This document shows, piece after piece, positions 1-13,898 of a DNA stretch of 64,000 nucleotides. Numbering within the stretch: the first letter of the stretch is position 1; each line of letters starts with the position of its first letter. The translations under genes and the position numbers were made by a program. This DNA comes from Eledone cirrhosa. Taxonomy: Eukaryota. The notes under the pieces were generated by a model, which was not told the DNA's origin, did no database searches, and saw nothing but the letters and a program-made list of their open reading frames with translations. The stretch is taken from positions 411,246,001 through 411,310,000 of the forward strand of contig OZ024741.1 in NCBI GenBank assembly GCA_964016885.1. The letters are read 5' to 3'.

Positions 1-3000
1 GTAAGAATAAAGAGGACAGCTTTATAACTGGGGTCATACTAGCTGTAAGAATAAAGAGGACAGCTTTATAACTGAAGTCATACTAGCTGTAAGAATAAAG
101 AGGACAGCTTTATAACTGGGGTCATACTAGCTGTAGGAATAAAGAGGACAGCTTTATAACTGGGGTCATACGAGCTGAAGGAATAGAGAGGACAGCTTTA
201 TAACTGGGGTCATACTAGTTGTAGGAATAAAGAGGACAGCTTTATAACTGGGGTCATACTAGTTGTAGGAATAAAGAGGACAGCTTTATAACTGGGGTCA
301 TACTAGTTGTAGGAATTAAGAGGACAGCTTTATAACTGGGGTCATACTAGCTGTAGGAATAAAGAGGACAGCTTTATTACTGGGGTCATACTAGCTGTAA
401 GAATAAAGAGGACAGCTTTATAACTGGGGTCATACTAGTTGTAGAAATAAAGAGGACAGCTTTATAACTGGAGTCATACTAGATGTAGGTATAAAGAGGA
501 CAGCTTTATAACTGGGGTCATACTAGTTGTAGGAATAAAGGGGACAGCTTTATAACTGGGGTCATACTAGTTGTAGGAATAAAGAGGACAGCTTTATAAC
601 TGGGGTCATACTAGGTGTAGGAATAAAGAGGACAGCTTTATAACTGGGGTCATACTAGCTGTAGCAATAAAGAGGACAGCTTTATAACTGGGGTCATACT
701 AGCTGTAGTAATAAAGAGGACAGCTTTATAACTGGGGTCATACTAGCTGTAGGAATAAAGAGGACAGCTTTATAACTGGGGTCATACTAGCTGTAGGAAG
801 AGGACAGCTTTATAACTGGGGTCATACTAGCTGTAGGAATAAAGAGGACAGCTTTATAACTGTGGTCATACTAGCTGTAGGAATAAAGAGGACAGCTTTA
901 TAACTGGGGTCATACTAGCTGTAGGAATAAAGAGGACAGCTTTATAACTGGGGTCATACTAGCTGTAGGAATAAAGAAGACATCTTTATAACTGGGGTCA
1001 TAGTAGCTGTAGGAATAAAGAAGAAAGCTTTATAACTGGGGTCATACTAGCTGTAGGAATAAAGAGGACAGCTTTATAACTGGTGTCATACTAGCTGTAG
1101 GAATAAAGAGGACAGCTTTATAACTGGGGTCATACTAGCTGTAGGAAGAGGACAGCTTTATAACTGGGGTCATACTAGCTGTAGGAATAAAGAGGACAGC
1201 TTTATAACTGTGGTCATACTAGCTGTAGGAATAAAGAGGACAGCTTTATAACTGGGGTCATACTAGCTGTAGGAATAAAGAGGACAGCTTTATAACTGGG
1301 GTCATACTAGCTGTAGGAATAAAGAAGACAGCTTTATAACTGGGGTCATAGTAGCTGTAGGAATAAAGAAGAAAGCTTTATAACTGGGGTCATACTAGCT
1401 GTAGGAATAAAGAGGACAGCTTTATAACTGGTGTCATACTAGCTGTAGGAATAAAGAGGACAGCATTATAACTGGGGTCATACTAGTGTAGGAATAGAGA
1501 GGACAGCTTTATAACTGGGGTCATACGAGCTGTAGGAATAAAGAGGACAGCTTTATAACTGGGGTCATACTAGCTGTAGGAAGAAAGAGGACAGCTTTAT
1601 AACTGGGGTCATACTAGCTGTAGGAATAAAGAGGACAGCTTTCTAACTGGGGTCATACTAGGTGTAGGAATAAAGAGGACAGCTTTATAACTGGGGTCAT
1701 GCTAGCTGTAGGAATAAAGAGGACAGCTTTATAACTGGGGTCATACTAGTTGTAGGAATAAAGGACATTAGCTTTATACCTGAGGTCATACTAGCTGTAG
1801 GAATAAAGAGGACAGCTTTATAACTGTGGTCATACTAGCTGTAGGAATAAAGAGGACAGCTTTATAACTGGGGTCATACTAGCTGTAGGAATAAAGAGGA
1901 CAGCTTTATAACTGGAATCATACTAGTTGTAGGAATAAAGAGGACAGCTTTATAACTGGGGTCATACTAGCTGTAAGAATAAAGAGGACAGCTTTATAAC
2001 TGGGGTCATGATAGATGTAGGAATAGAGAGGACAGCTTTATAACTGGGGTCATACTAGCTGTAAGAATAAAGAGGACAGCTTTATAACTGAAGTCATACT
2101 AGCTGTAAGAATAAAGAGGACAGCTTTATAACTGGGGTCATACTAGCTGTAGGAATAAAGAGGACAGCTTTATAACTGGGGTCATACTAGCTGTAGGAAT
2201 AAAGAGGACAGCTTTATAACTGGGGTCATACTAGCTGTAGGAATAAAGAGGACAGCTTTATAACTGGGGTCATACTAGCTGTAGGAATAAAGAGGACAGC
2301 TTTATAACTGGGGTCATACTAGCTGTAGGAATAAAGAGGACAGCTTTATAACTGGGGTCATACTAGTTGTAGGAATAAAGAGGACAGCTTTATAACTGGG
2401 GTCATACTAGTTGTAGGAATAAAGAGGACAGCTTTATAACTGGGGTCATACTAGTTGTAGGAATAAAGAGGACAGCTTTACAACTGAGGTCATACTAGCT
2501 GTAGGAATAAAGAGGACAGCTTTATAACTGGGGTCATACTAGCTGTAAGAATAAAGAGGACAGCTTTATAACTGGGGTCATACTAGTTGTAGAAATAAAG
2601 AGGACAGCTTTATAACTGGGGTCATACTAGATGTAGGTATAAAGAGGACAGCTTTATAACTGGGGTCATACTAGTTGTAGGAATAAAGGGGACAGCTTTA
2701 TAACTGGGGTCATAGTAGCTGTAGGAATAAAGAGGACAGCTTTATAACTGGGGTCATACTAGCTGTAGGAATAAAGAGGACAGCTTTATAACTGGTGTCA
2801 TACTAGCTGTAGGAATAAAGAGGACAGCATTATAACTGGGGTCATACTAGTGTAGGAATAGAGAGGACAGCTTTATAACTGGGGTCATACGAGCTGTAGG
2901 AATAAAGAGGACAGCTTTATAACTGGGGTCATACTAGCTGTAGGAAGAAAGAGGACAGCTTTATAACTGGGGTCATACTAGCTGTAGGAATAAAGAGGAC

Positions 3001-4622
3001 AGCTTTATAACTGGGGTCATACTAGCTGTAGGAATAAAGAGGACAGCTTTATAACTGGGGTCATACTAGCTGTAGGAATAAAGAGGACAGCTTTATAACT
3101 GGGGTCATACTAGTTGTAGGAATAAAGAGGACAGCTTTATAACTGGGGTCATACTAGTTGTAGGAATAAAGAGGACAGCTTTATAACTGGGGTCATACTA
3201 GTTGTAGGAATAAAGAGGACAGCTTTACAACTGAGGTCATACTAGCTGTAGGAATAAAGAGGACAGCTTTATAACTGGGGTCATACTAGCTGTAAGAATA
3301 AAGAGGACAGCTTTATAACTGGGGTCATACTAGTTGTAGAAATAAAGAGGACAGCTTTATAACTGGGGTCATACTAGATGTAGGTATAAAGAGGACAGCT
3401 TTATAACTGGGGTCATACTAGTTGTAGGAATAAAGGGGACAGCTTTATAACTGGGGTCATAGTAGCTGTAGGAATAAAGAGGACAGCTTTATAACTGGGG
3501 TCATACTAGCTGTAGGAATAAAGAGGACAGCTTTATAACTGGTGTCATACTAGCTGTAGGAATAAAGAGGACAGCATTATAACTGGGGTCATACTAGTGT
3601 AGGAATAGAGAGGACAGCTTTATAACTGGGGTCATACGAGCTGTAGGAATAAAGAGGACAGCTTTATAACTGGGGTCATACTAGCTGTAGGAAGAAAGAG
3701 GACAGCTTTATAACTGGGGTCATACTAGTTGTAGGAATAAAGAGGACAGCTTTATAACTGGGGTCATACTAGATGTAGGAATAAAGAGGACAGCTTTATA
3801 ACTGGGGTCATACTAGGTGTAGGAATAAAGAGGACAGCTTTATAACTGGGGTCATACTAGGTGTAGGAATAAAGAGGACAGCTTTCTAACTTGGGTCATA
3901 CTAGGTGTAGGAATAAAGAGGACAGCTTTATAACTGGGGTCATACTAGCTGTAGGAATAAAGAGGACAGCTTTATAACTGGGGTCATACTAGTTGTAGGA
4001 ATAAAGAGGACAGCTTTATAACTGGGGTCATACTAGCTGTAGGAATAAAGAGGACAGCTTTATAACTGGGGTCATACTAGTTGTAGGAATAAAGACAGCT
4101 TTATACCTGAGGTCATACTAGCTGTAGGAATAAAGAGGACAGCTTTCTAACTGGGATCATACTAGTTGTAGGAATAAAGAGGACAGCTTTATAACTGGGG
4201 TCATACTAGCTGTAGGAATAAAGAGGACAGCTTTATAACTGAGGTCATACTAGCTGTAGGAATAAAGGACATTAGCTTTATACCTGGGGTCATGCTAGCT
4301 GTAGGAAGAGGACAGCTTTATAACTGGGGTCATACTAGCTGTAGGAATAGAGAGGACAGCTTTCTAACTGGGATCATACTAGTTGTAGGAAGAAAGAGGA
4401 CAGCTTTATAACTGGGGTCATACTAGCTGTAGGAATAAAGAGGACAGCTTTATAATTGGGGTCATACTAGCTGTAGGAATAATGAGGACAGCTTTATAAC
4501 TGAGTTCATACTAGCTGTAGGAATAAAGGACATTAGCTTTATACCTGGGGTCATGCTAGCTGTAGGAAGAGGACAGCTTTATAACTGGGGTCATACTAGC
4601 TGTAGTAATAAAGAGGACACCT
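1..4622. repeat. 44-bp minisatellite (GTAGGAATAAAGAGGACAGCTTTATAACTGGGGTCATACTAGCT)n, ~105 copies, runs off the left edge; lies in the CDC23 intron after exon 3
   Basis: Unit read directly; it recurs every 44 nt (positions 1, 45, 89...). Occasional 39- and 43-bp variants. Confidence 0.97.
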
Positions 4623-4764
4623 TTAGTCAACAGTGGTGACATTATATACAACAAAGAACATTACCGCAATATATGTCATGGAAATGTGACCAAGAAGTGC
4701 ACAGTCCAGCCTGTAAAGTGGTTGTGTTGGTGCCAAAACAAAAATTACCTAGTCTACCCTGTAA

Positions 4765-5075
4765 GGTGGTTATATGACTCCTGTGTGCGAAGTGTAATGT
4801 TGCATGGTAGTGAAACATGGGCAGTGATTGCAGAGGACATGCATAGGCTGGAAAGAAATAAAGCAACCATGCGTTGTTGGATGTGCAATGAAACTGTGAG
4901 AAAAAGGCAGAGCTTGGATGAACTCAGGGAGAAACTGGGTTTAAGAGGAATCTGAGGTGATGTGCAGGAGAGAAGACTGTGTTCGTATGGACATAGATGA
5001 TGATCACTGGGTGGAGAAGTGCCAGGAAATCCCATTAGAGGTAGACCTGGCAGAGGTTGTGAGAGCTGACCTCAA
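4765..5075 (+). mobile_element. Degenerate 3' fragment of an RTE-clade LINE
   Basis: Translation LYDSCVRSVMLHGSETWAV..EDMHRLERNKATMRCWMCN..LREKLGLRGI matches the C-terminal part of the RTE ORF at 26248-27756. Contains stops. Confidence 0.85.
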
Positions 5076-5211
5076 ATTGCTGAGGAGATAAAGGAATGCA
5101 GCGAGTGGAGAGATACTGCAAGCGTGAAAAAAAACAGACATAAAAATGATGATGATGACATAGTTGACAATGAATCTTGTGAAAAGAAGTTGACAAATCT
5201 CATGAACCTAC

Positions 5212-5404
5212 TGAACGAATCAGTCATATTATATGCCCTTCTCTTCTCATCTGCCAGGTATCTGGAATACATGTAGAGGAAATAGGTGACATTGCTTCGT
5301 AGTTCAGACTGTTCCAGGAAATGGACGGCACGTAGATATTCTTTAAGGTCAAAATAACTCTTGGCCAGGGAATAAACACAGTATTCCTTCTGTAGATTCT
5401 CAAA
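5212..5404 (-). CDS. CDC23: CDC23/APC8 (anaphase-promoting complex subunit 8) coding exon 3; gene continues beyond the left edge
   Basis: Acceptor ttcttcttctattgtAG and donor GTAGGT. Translates FENLQKEYCVYSLAKSYFDLKEYLRAVHFLEQSELRSNVTYFLYMYSRYLADEKRRAYNMTDSF, matching the APC8 N-terminal motif LAKxYFDxKEYxRAxHFL...FLYMYSRYL. Phase 0 start, phase 1 end. Confidence 0.93.
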
Positions 5405-5704
5405 CTACAATAGAAGAAGAAATGGAGAATATAAAGACATGGCACTGGAATGGTGAACATTGATTAGAGAGCACTTTAGTTGAGACAAAGACATATCTAG
5501 TGATGGAATGGTGCAACACAGAGTAGATAGGACTTTAGTCATGACAACTTCTGTAGTGATGGAATGGTGACAACACAGAGTAGAGAGGACTTTATGACAA
5601 AGACATGACAATTTCTCTGAACAGAAACAGTTAAACTTAACTATTTTCTAACAAGGTTCTTATAGAATTCTAGACATTATTGTTAATTATAGGATGGGAA
5701 AACA

Positions 5705-7824
5705 TGTATCTGGTTTACAATATGTACACTGTATCCCTGTGTATATCTGGTTTACAATAGGTATACTGTATCCCTGTGTATATCTGGTTTACAATAGGTA
5801 CACTGTATCCCTGTGTATATCTGGTTTACAATATGTACACTGTATCCCTGTGTATATCTGGTTTACAATAGGTATACTGTATCCCTGTGTATATCTGGTT
5901 TACAATAGGTACACTGTATCCCTGTGTATCTCGTATACAATAGGTACACTGTATCCCTGTGTATATCTGGTTTACAATAGGTACACTGTATCCCTGGGTA
6001 TATCTGGTTTACAATAGGTACACTGTATCCCTGTGTATCTGGTTTACAATAGGTACACTGTATCCCTGTGTATATCTAGTTTACAATAGGTACACTGTAT
6101 CCCTGTGTATATCTGGTTTACAATAGGTACACTGTATGCCTGTGTATCTGGTTTACAATAGGTACACTGTATCCCTGTGTATCTGGTATACAATAGGTAT
6201 ACTGTATCCCTGTGTATATCTGGTTTACAATAGGTACACTGCATCCCTGTGTATATCTGGTTTACAATAGGTACACTGTATCCCTGTGTATATCTGGTTT
6301 ATAATAGGTACATTATATCCCTGGGTATATCTGGTTTACAATAGGTACACTGTATCCCTGTGTATATCTGGTTTACAATAGGTACACTGTATGCCTGTGT
6401 ATCTGGTTTACAATAGGTACACTGTATCCCTGTGTATCTCGTATACAATAGGTACACTGTATCCCAGTGTATATCTGGTTTACAATAGGTACACTGTATC
6501 CCTGTGTATATCTGGTTTACAATGGGTATACTGTATCCCTGTGTATATCTGGTTTACAATAGGTACACTGTATCCCTGTGTATATCTGGTTTACAATAGG
6601 TACACTGTATCCCTGTGTATCTGGTTTACAATAGGTACACTGTATCCCTGTGTATATCTAGTTTACAATAGGTACACTGTATCCCTGTGTATATCTAGTT
6701 TACAATAGGTACACTGTATCCCTGTGTATATCTGGTTTACAATAGGTACACTGTATCCCTGTGTATCTGGTTTACAATAGGTACACTGTATCCCTGTGTA
6801 TATCTAGTTTACAATAGGTACACTGTATCCCTGTGTATATCTAGTTTACAATAGGTACACTGTATCCCTGTGTATATCTGGTTTACAATAGGTACACTGT
6901 ATCCCTGTGTATCTGGTTTACAATAGGTACACTGTATCCCTGTGTATCTGGTTTACAATAGGTACACTGTATCCCTGTGTATATCTAGTTTACAATAGGT
7001 ACACTGTATCCCTGTGTGTATCTGGTTTACAATAGGTACACTGTATCTCTGTGTATCTGGTTTACAATAGGTACACTGTATCCCTGTGTATATCTAGTTT
7101 ACAATAGGTACACTGTATCCCTGTGTATCTGGTTTACAATAGGTACACTGTATCCCTGTGTATATCTAGTTTACAATAGGTACACTGTATCCCTGTGTAT
7201 CTGGTTTACAATAGGTACACTGTATCCCTGTGTATATCTAGTTTACAATAGGTACACTGTATCCCTGTGTGTATCTAGTTTACAATAGGTACATTGTATC
7301 CCTGTGTATATCTGGTTTACAATAGGTACACTGTATCCCTGGGTATATCTGGTTTACAATAGGTACACTGTATCCCTGTGTGTATCTGGTTTACAATAGC
7401 TACACTGTATCCCTAGGTATATCTGGTTTACAATAGGTACACTGTATCCCTGTGTGTATCTAGTTTACAATAGGTACACTGTATCCCTGTGTATATCTAG
7501 TTTACAATAGGTACACTGTATCCCTGTGTATATCTGGTTTACAATAGGTACACTGTATCCCAGTGTATATCTGGTTTACAATAGGTACACTGTATCCCAG
7601 TGTATATCTGGTTTACAATAGGTACACTGTATCCCAGTGTATATCTAGTTTACAATAGGTACACTGTATCCCTGTGTATATCTGGTTTACAATAGGTACA
7701 CTGTATCCCTGTGTATATCTAGTTTACAATAGGTACACTGTATCCCTGGGTATATCTGGTTTACAATAGGTACACTGTATCCCTGTGTGTATCTGGTTTA
7801 CAATAGCTACACTGTATCCCTGTG
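5705..7824. repeat. 37-bp minisatellite (TGTATATCTGGTTTACAATAGGTACACTGTATCCCTG)n with 35-bp variants, ~58 copies, in CDC23 intron 2
   Basis: Unit read directly; the ORF-track translations show 37-aa (three-unit) periodicity. Confidence 0.96.
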
Positions 7825-8038
7825 TCTCTACTGTCATAAGAGATGACTAAAAGGAATGGTATCTCGCCATAAAACATTGCCTCCAAAAATACCCCATAAG
7901 GGTTTCATCTAGCAGAGGAAATGGTTTTAAAACACTTGAAGAAATATATTTTACTTAAATTTAGTTTTATTTGACTTAGTTATAGATTTAGTTGACTTTG
8001 ATGGATCTTCTAGAATTCCAGACATTGTTACAACTTAC

Positions 8039-8111
8039 AGGTTGGGAAAATGATGGAATATGTCTTCCTGAGTCTTCACTGGGTTTTAAACAATATGCTA
8101 ATTCTGCAAGT
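8039..8111 (-). CDS. CDC23: CDC23/APC8 coding exon 2 (73 nt)
   Basis: Acceptor tattttcAG, donor GTAAGT. Phase 2 start completes exon-1 AG|A (Arg), then LAELAYCLKPSEDSGRHIPSFSQP (compare SAELAFSL in vertebrate CDC23). Phase 0 end joins exon 3 in frame. Confidence 0.85.
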
Positions 8112-8139
8112 CTGAAAATATATTTAATTTAAAATATTA

Positions 8140-8360
8140 AACAATAATAAATAATGGTTTCTGATTTAGGTAGAAAGTCAACAAGTTTTTGGGGTGGCGA
8201 AAGTTGATTAAATGAACCCAGTGTGTTACTGGTACTGTATTTTATCAACACCGTAAGGATGAAAGATAAATTTGACCTCAGTGAGAATTGAACTCAATGT
8301 AAAAGGCTGTAACTCTATTCATGTTGTCCGACACCAATTACTGCCAATACATCGGACTTA
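8140..8360 (-). mobile_element. Degenerate SINE copy (octopus-type), (TAT)n tail on the minus strand
   Basis: aataataa tail followed by ...aacccagtgtgttactggtact..tttatcaacaccgtaaggatgaaagataaatttgacctc..ttgaactc. This pattern is recognised from cephalopod SINEs, and the adjacent copy shares it. Confidence 0.65.
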
Positions 8361-8381
8361 ACAATAATAATAATGGTTCTA

Positions 8382-9483
8382 CTCTTGGCACAAGTCCAAC
8401 AATTTGGGGTGGAGGAGACGGTCAATGAAAGGCAAAGTTAACCTATTGGCACAAGTCCAACAATTTGGGGTGGAGGAGACGGTCAATGAAAGGCAAAGTT
8501 AACCTCTTGGCACAAGTCCAACAATTTGGGGTGGAGGAGACGGTCAATGAAAGGCAAAGTTAACCTCTTGGCACAAGTCCAACAATTTGGGGTGGAGGAG
8601 ACGGTCAATGAAAGGCAAAGTTAACCTCTTGGCACAAGTCCAACAATTTGGGGTGGAGGAGACGGTCAATGAAAGGCAAAGTTAACCTCTTGGCACAAGT
8701 CCAACAATTTGGGGTGGAGGAGACGGTCAATTAAAGGCAAAGTTAACCTCTTGGCACAAGTCCAACAATTTGGGGTGGAGGAGACGGTAAATGAAAGGCA
8801 AAGTTAACCTCTTGGCACAAGTCCAACAATTTGGGGTGGAGGAGACGGTCAATGAAAGGCAAAGTTAACCTCTTGGCACAAGTCCAACAATTTGGGGTGG
8901 AGGAGACGGTCAATTAAAGGCAAAGTTAACCTCTTGGCACAAGTCCAACAATTTGGGGTGGAGGAGACGGTCAATTAAAGGCAAAGTTAACCTCTTGGCA
9001 CAAGTCCAACAATTTGGGGTGGAGGAGACGGTCAATGAAAGGCAAAGTTAACCTCTTGGCACAAGTCCAACAATTTGGGGTGGAGGAGACGGTCAATTAA
9101 AGGCAAAGTTAACCTCTTGGCACAAGTCCAACAATTTGGGGTGGAGGAGACGGTCAATTAAAGGCAAAGTTAACCTCTTGGCACAAGTCCAACAATTTGG
9201 GGTGGAGGAGACGGTCAATGAAAGGCAAAGTTAACCTCTTGGCACAAGTCCAACAATTTGGGGTGGAGGAGACGGTCAATTAAAGGCAAAGTTAACCTCT
9301 TGGCACAAGTCCAACAATTTGGGGTGGAGGAGACGGTCAATGAAAGGCAAAGTTAACCTCTTGGCACAAGTCCAACAATTTGGGGTGGAGGAGACGGTCA
9401 ATGAAAGGCAAAGTTAACCTCTTGGCACAAGTCCAACAATTTGGGGTGGAGGAGACGGTCAATTAAAGGCAAAGTTAACCTCA
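8382..9483. repeat. 61-bp tandem repeat, ~18 near-identical copies, amplified from inside a SINE
   Basis: Unit CTCTTGGCACAAGTCCAACAATTTGGGGTGGAGGAGACGGTCAATGAAAGGCAAAGTTAAC shifts by 1 nt per 60-nt line. Flanked by a SINE tail (8361-8381) and a SINE head (9484-9573). Confidence 0.95.
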
Positions 9484-11232
9484 ACGAGATTTGAACTCAG
9501 ATCGTAAAGAGCCGTAACTCTCTGCTGCAAAACATCGTGCACGATGATCTACCGATATTACCAATCCACCCTTAATAATATTGATAATAATCGTTTCTGA
9601 TTTAGGCACAAGGCAACCAACATATAAACACTTCACTTTTCCTCCTCTGTACACTATAAAGCAGTGTCTACCTACCTGTCTATATATCTCTCACTGTCTC
9701 TCTCTACCTACCTGTCTATATATCTGTCTCTCTCTACCTACCTGTCTATATATCTCTCTCTCTCTACCTACCTGTCTATATATCTCTCACAGTCTCTCTC
9801 TACCTACCTATCTATATATCTCTCTCTCTACCTACCTGTCTATATATCTCTCACTGTCTCTCTCTACCTACCTATCTATATATCTCTCTCTCTACCTACC
9901 TGTCTATATATCTCTCACTGTCTCTCTCTACCTACCTGTCTATATATCTCTCACTGTCTCTCTCTACCTACCTATCTATATATCTCTCTCTCTACCTACC
10001 TGTCTATATATCTCTCTCTCTACCTACCTGTCTATATATCTCTCACAGTCTCTCTCTACCTACCTGTCTATATATCTCTCTCTCTACCTACCTATCTATA
10101 TATCTCTCTCTCTACCTACCTGTCTATATATCTCTCTCTCTACCTACCTATCTATATATCTCTCTCTCTACCTACCTGTCTATATATCTCTCTCTCTACC
10201 TACCTGTCTATATATCTCTCACTCTCTATCTCTACCTACCTGTCTATATATCTCTCACTCTCTCTCTACCTACCTGTCTATATATATCTCTCTCACTCTC
10301 TCTCTCTACCTACCTGTCTATATATCTCTCTCTCTCAACCTAACTGTCTATATATATCTCTCTCTCTACCTACCTGTCTATATATCTCTCTCTCTCTACC
10401 TACCTGTCTATATATCTCTCACTCTCTCTCTCTACCTACCTGTCTATATATCTCTCTCTCTCTACCTAAATGTCTATATATCCCTCACTGTCTCTCTCTA
10501 CCTACCTGTCTATATATCTCTCACTCTCTATCTCTACCTACCTGTCTATGTATCTCTCTTTTTCTACCTACCTGTCTATATATCTCTCACTCTCTCTCTC
10601 TACCTACCTGTCTATATATCTCTCACTGTCTCTCTCTCTACATACCTGTCTATATATCTCTCTCTCTCTCTACCTACCTGTCTATATATCTCTCTCTCTC
10701 TACCTACCTGTCTATATATCTCTCACTCTCTATCTCTACCTACCTGTCTATGTATCTCTCTTTTTCTACCTATCCGTCTATATATCTCTCACTCTCTCTC
10801 TCTACCTACCTGTCTATATATCTCTCACTGTCTCTCTCTCTACCTACCTGTCTATATATCTCTCACTCTCCCTCTCTACCTACCTGTCTATATATATCTC
10901 TCTCTACCTACCTGTCTATATATCTCTCACTGTCTCTCTCTACCTACCTGTCTATATATCTCTCACTGTCTCTCTCTACCTACCTGTCTATATATCTCTC
11001 AGTCTCTCTCTACCTACCTGTCTATATATATCTCTCTCTACCTACCTGTCTATATATCTCTCACTGTCTCTCTCTACCTACCTGTCTATATATCTCTCAC
11101 TGTCTCTCTCTACCTACCTGTCTATATATCTCTCAGTCTCTCTCTACCTACCTGTCTATATATCTCTCACTCTCTACCTACCTGTCTATATATCTCTCAC
11201 TCTCTCTCTCTACCTACCTATCTATATATATC

Positions 11233-13000
11233 TCCGACAGGTGTGCCCTCTCTCCTCCCTTCTGTATGTAGTGACTCTAGAGCCACTGCTGCGGAAGTTG
11301 GAGTTGTTGCAGGGCATCCCGTTGGAACCGGGATTGCGGAAAGCGGTGTCAGCCTACGCCGATGACGTAACAGTAATGGTGTCGACGGCCTCGGAAATCC
11401 GGGCGATCGGCACCTTACTGGAGGAGTACGAAATGTTTACAGGGGCTAAGCTGAACCGGGACAAGTCGATCGGTCTGCAACTCGGCACGTGGAGGGGCAG
11501 ATCGATGCCCTCCGATGGCGTCGTCGGGCGCTGGACGGAGGGCCCGGTAAAGTTGCTCGGGGTCTGGTTCGGACCAGACCTCCAGGTGGAGAAGAACTGG
11601 GGTGAGGTGACGAACAGGGTGTTTGCACTGACCCAGAAGTGGGCCGAGTGCAAACTGTCTCTGAAAGGACGGGCGGAGGTGGCGAACACTTATATAGCGT
11701 CCGTCATCTACTACCGCCTGACCGTTGTGCCTTGCCCAAGGGAAACGCTCGCCAAAATGGAGCGCGCACTCTTCCAATTCCTTTGGAAGAAGCGGGCTCC
11801 TATGGTGAGGAGATCCATCTGCTATCAACACCCTTCGAAAGGGGGGCTGGGGATGCCGTGGCTAATGATACGTAAACACGCATTAAGGCTACGGCACCTT
11901 CAGGTATTCCTCTCCGGTCAACCGGTGTGGGCCCCGTTTGTGAGGCGAGCCTTTCCCAGACTCGTCTCACTCACCGAGCTGCAATCCTGAGTCAAGCAAA
12001 GACCGAGAAAACTGGGCGCCTGGCACACCGAGTGTGCCCAGGCACTCACGGCTCTCTGGCAGGCGGACCCGGCTGTCAGTGGAGAATCCACCTCGTCATT
12101 CTATAGAGGGCTGGTGGTTAGCAGGTGCGACGACGCCCTCGGAGAAGCCCTAGGCATGGAGGAAGACGAACTGGCCAACCTGCTCGGTAGGACATTCAGC
12201 CCGGGACCCATGGATAACTTCCAGAGGTCCCTGGCCTGGCAATGCTACAGAAGGGCTCTGCCCATTCGAGAAAGGCTGTACAGACACGGGCGCCCGGGTA
12301 GGGACCGATCGAAAAAGATCTGTCCCAGATGCGTGTGCGACGAGGAAACCGTTGCACACGCATTGGTACACTGCTCAGGCATTGCCGATCTGTGGGGTTA
12401 TGTCGAACAACTGCTGTCAAGGGTGGGACCAATCCGGTTGACCACCTAGTCTATTGTAACGATCAAGCCGCCTCCCCTCTTCAAAAACGAAGGAGAGGCG
12501 GTGTTTCTGTGCGTAATAGCCATGGCGAAAGAGGTTGTATGGTGGACGCGTTTGAAAGGACTGAGGTCAGACACCTTTCTCTCTGGCCAACAACTGGTCC
12601 GTTTCTTCCGATATCATTTCCGAAGAAGGATCAGGATGGAGATAGAGGTGCTGCACCCCAGCCGTTTTTATGAAAGATGGGTGAAAGTGGCGAGAATGGC
12701 CCGTGTGAATGGGCCTTCACTCTACATCAGACTATAGGTGAGGAAGATGAAAGACCAAGGGAGCACCCCTTCTCTGTTCTCCTGAGGAGACGGGTTGCAC
12801 ACTTTTTTCGGGGGTGTGTGCGACCCCCCAAGGCGCCTCCTCTCTATTGAGGACTTTGTTATGAATTTTATTTTTTGTTATATTTTATTTTATTTTTATA
12901 TATTGTTATTGCCTCCTCCTTATTGAGGACGCCTTGTTTTGTAAACTCCCCCCATTGTACTTGTCCCACTTTTGATGCCCTGGTGGCAAATAAAAGAAAC
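11233..13000 (+). mobile_element. 5'-truncated Tx1-clade (L1 superfamily) LINE, ORF2 from mid-RT to the 3' end; inactive
   Basis: RQVCPLSSLLY..AYADDVTV..GGLGMP..CPRCVCDEETVAHALVHC. In-frame stops at 11988-11990 and 12447-12449. Ends AATAAAAGAAAC and is flanked by ATATATATCT on both sides. Confidence 0.93.
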
Positions 13001-13898
13001 ATATATATCTCTCACTGTCTCACTCTCTACCTACCTGTCTATATATCTCTCACTCTCTCTCTCTACCTACCTGTCTATATATCTCTCACTGTCTCTCTCT
13101 CTACCTACCTGTCTATATATCTCTCACTCTCTCTCTCTACCTACCTGTCTATATATATCTCTCTCTACCTACCTGTCTATATATCTCTCACTCTCTCTCT
13201 CTACCTACCTGTCTATATATCTCTCACTGTCTCTCTGTACCTACCTGTCTATATATCTCTCACTCTCTCTCTCTTTACCTACCTGTCTATATATCTCTCT
13301 CTCGCTACCTACCTGTCTAAATATCTCTCACTGTCTCTCTCTCTACCTACCTGTCTATATATCTCTCACTCTCTACCTACCTGTCTATATATCTCTCTCT
13401 CTCTACCTATCTGTCTATATATCTCTCTCTCTCTACCTACCTGTCTATATATCTCTCAGTCTCTCTCTACCTACCTGTCTATATATCTCTCACTCTCTCT
13501 CTCTACCTACCTGTCTATATATCTCTCACTGTCTCTCTCTACCTACCTGTCTATATATCTCTCACTCTCTACCTACCTGTCTATATATCTCTCACTCTCT
13601 ACCTACCTGTCTATATATCTCTAACTGTCTCTCTCTACCTACCTGTCTATATATTTCACTCTCTCTCTCTCTACCTACCTGTCTATATATCTCTCACTGT
13701 CTCTCTCTCTACCTACCTGTCTATATATCTCTCACTGACTCTCTCTCTACCTACCTGTCTATATATCTCTCTCTCTCTACCTACCTGTCTATATATCTCT
13801 CACTGTCTCTCTCTCTCTACCTACCTGTCTATATATCTCTCACTCTCTACCTACCTGTCAATATATCTCTCACTGTCTCTCTCTACCTACCTGTCTAT

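Noticed and set aside
8382-9483. CRISPR-like regular 61-bp periodicity
   Set aside because: No unique spacers, no cas genes, eukaryotic context; a plain tandem repeat.
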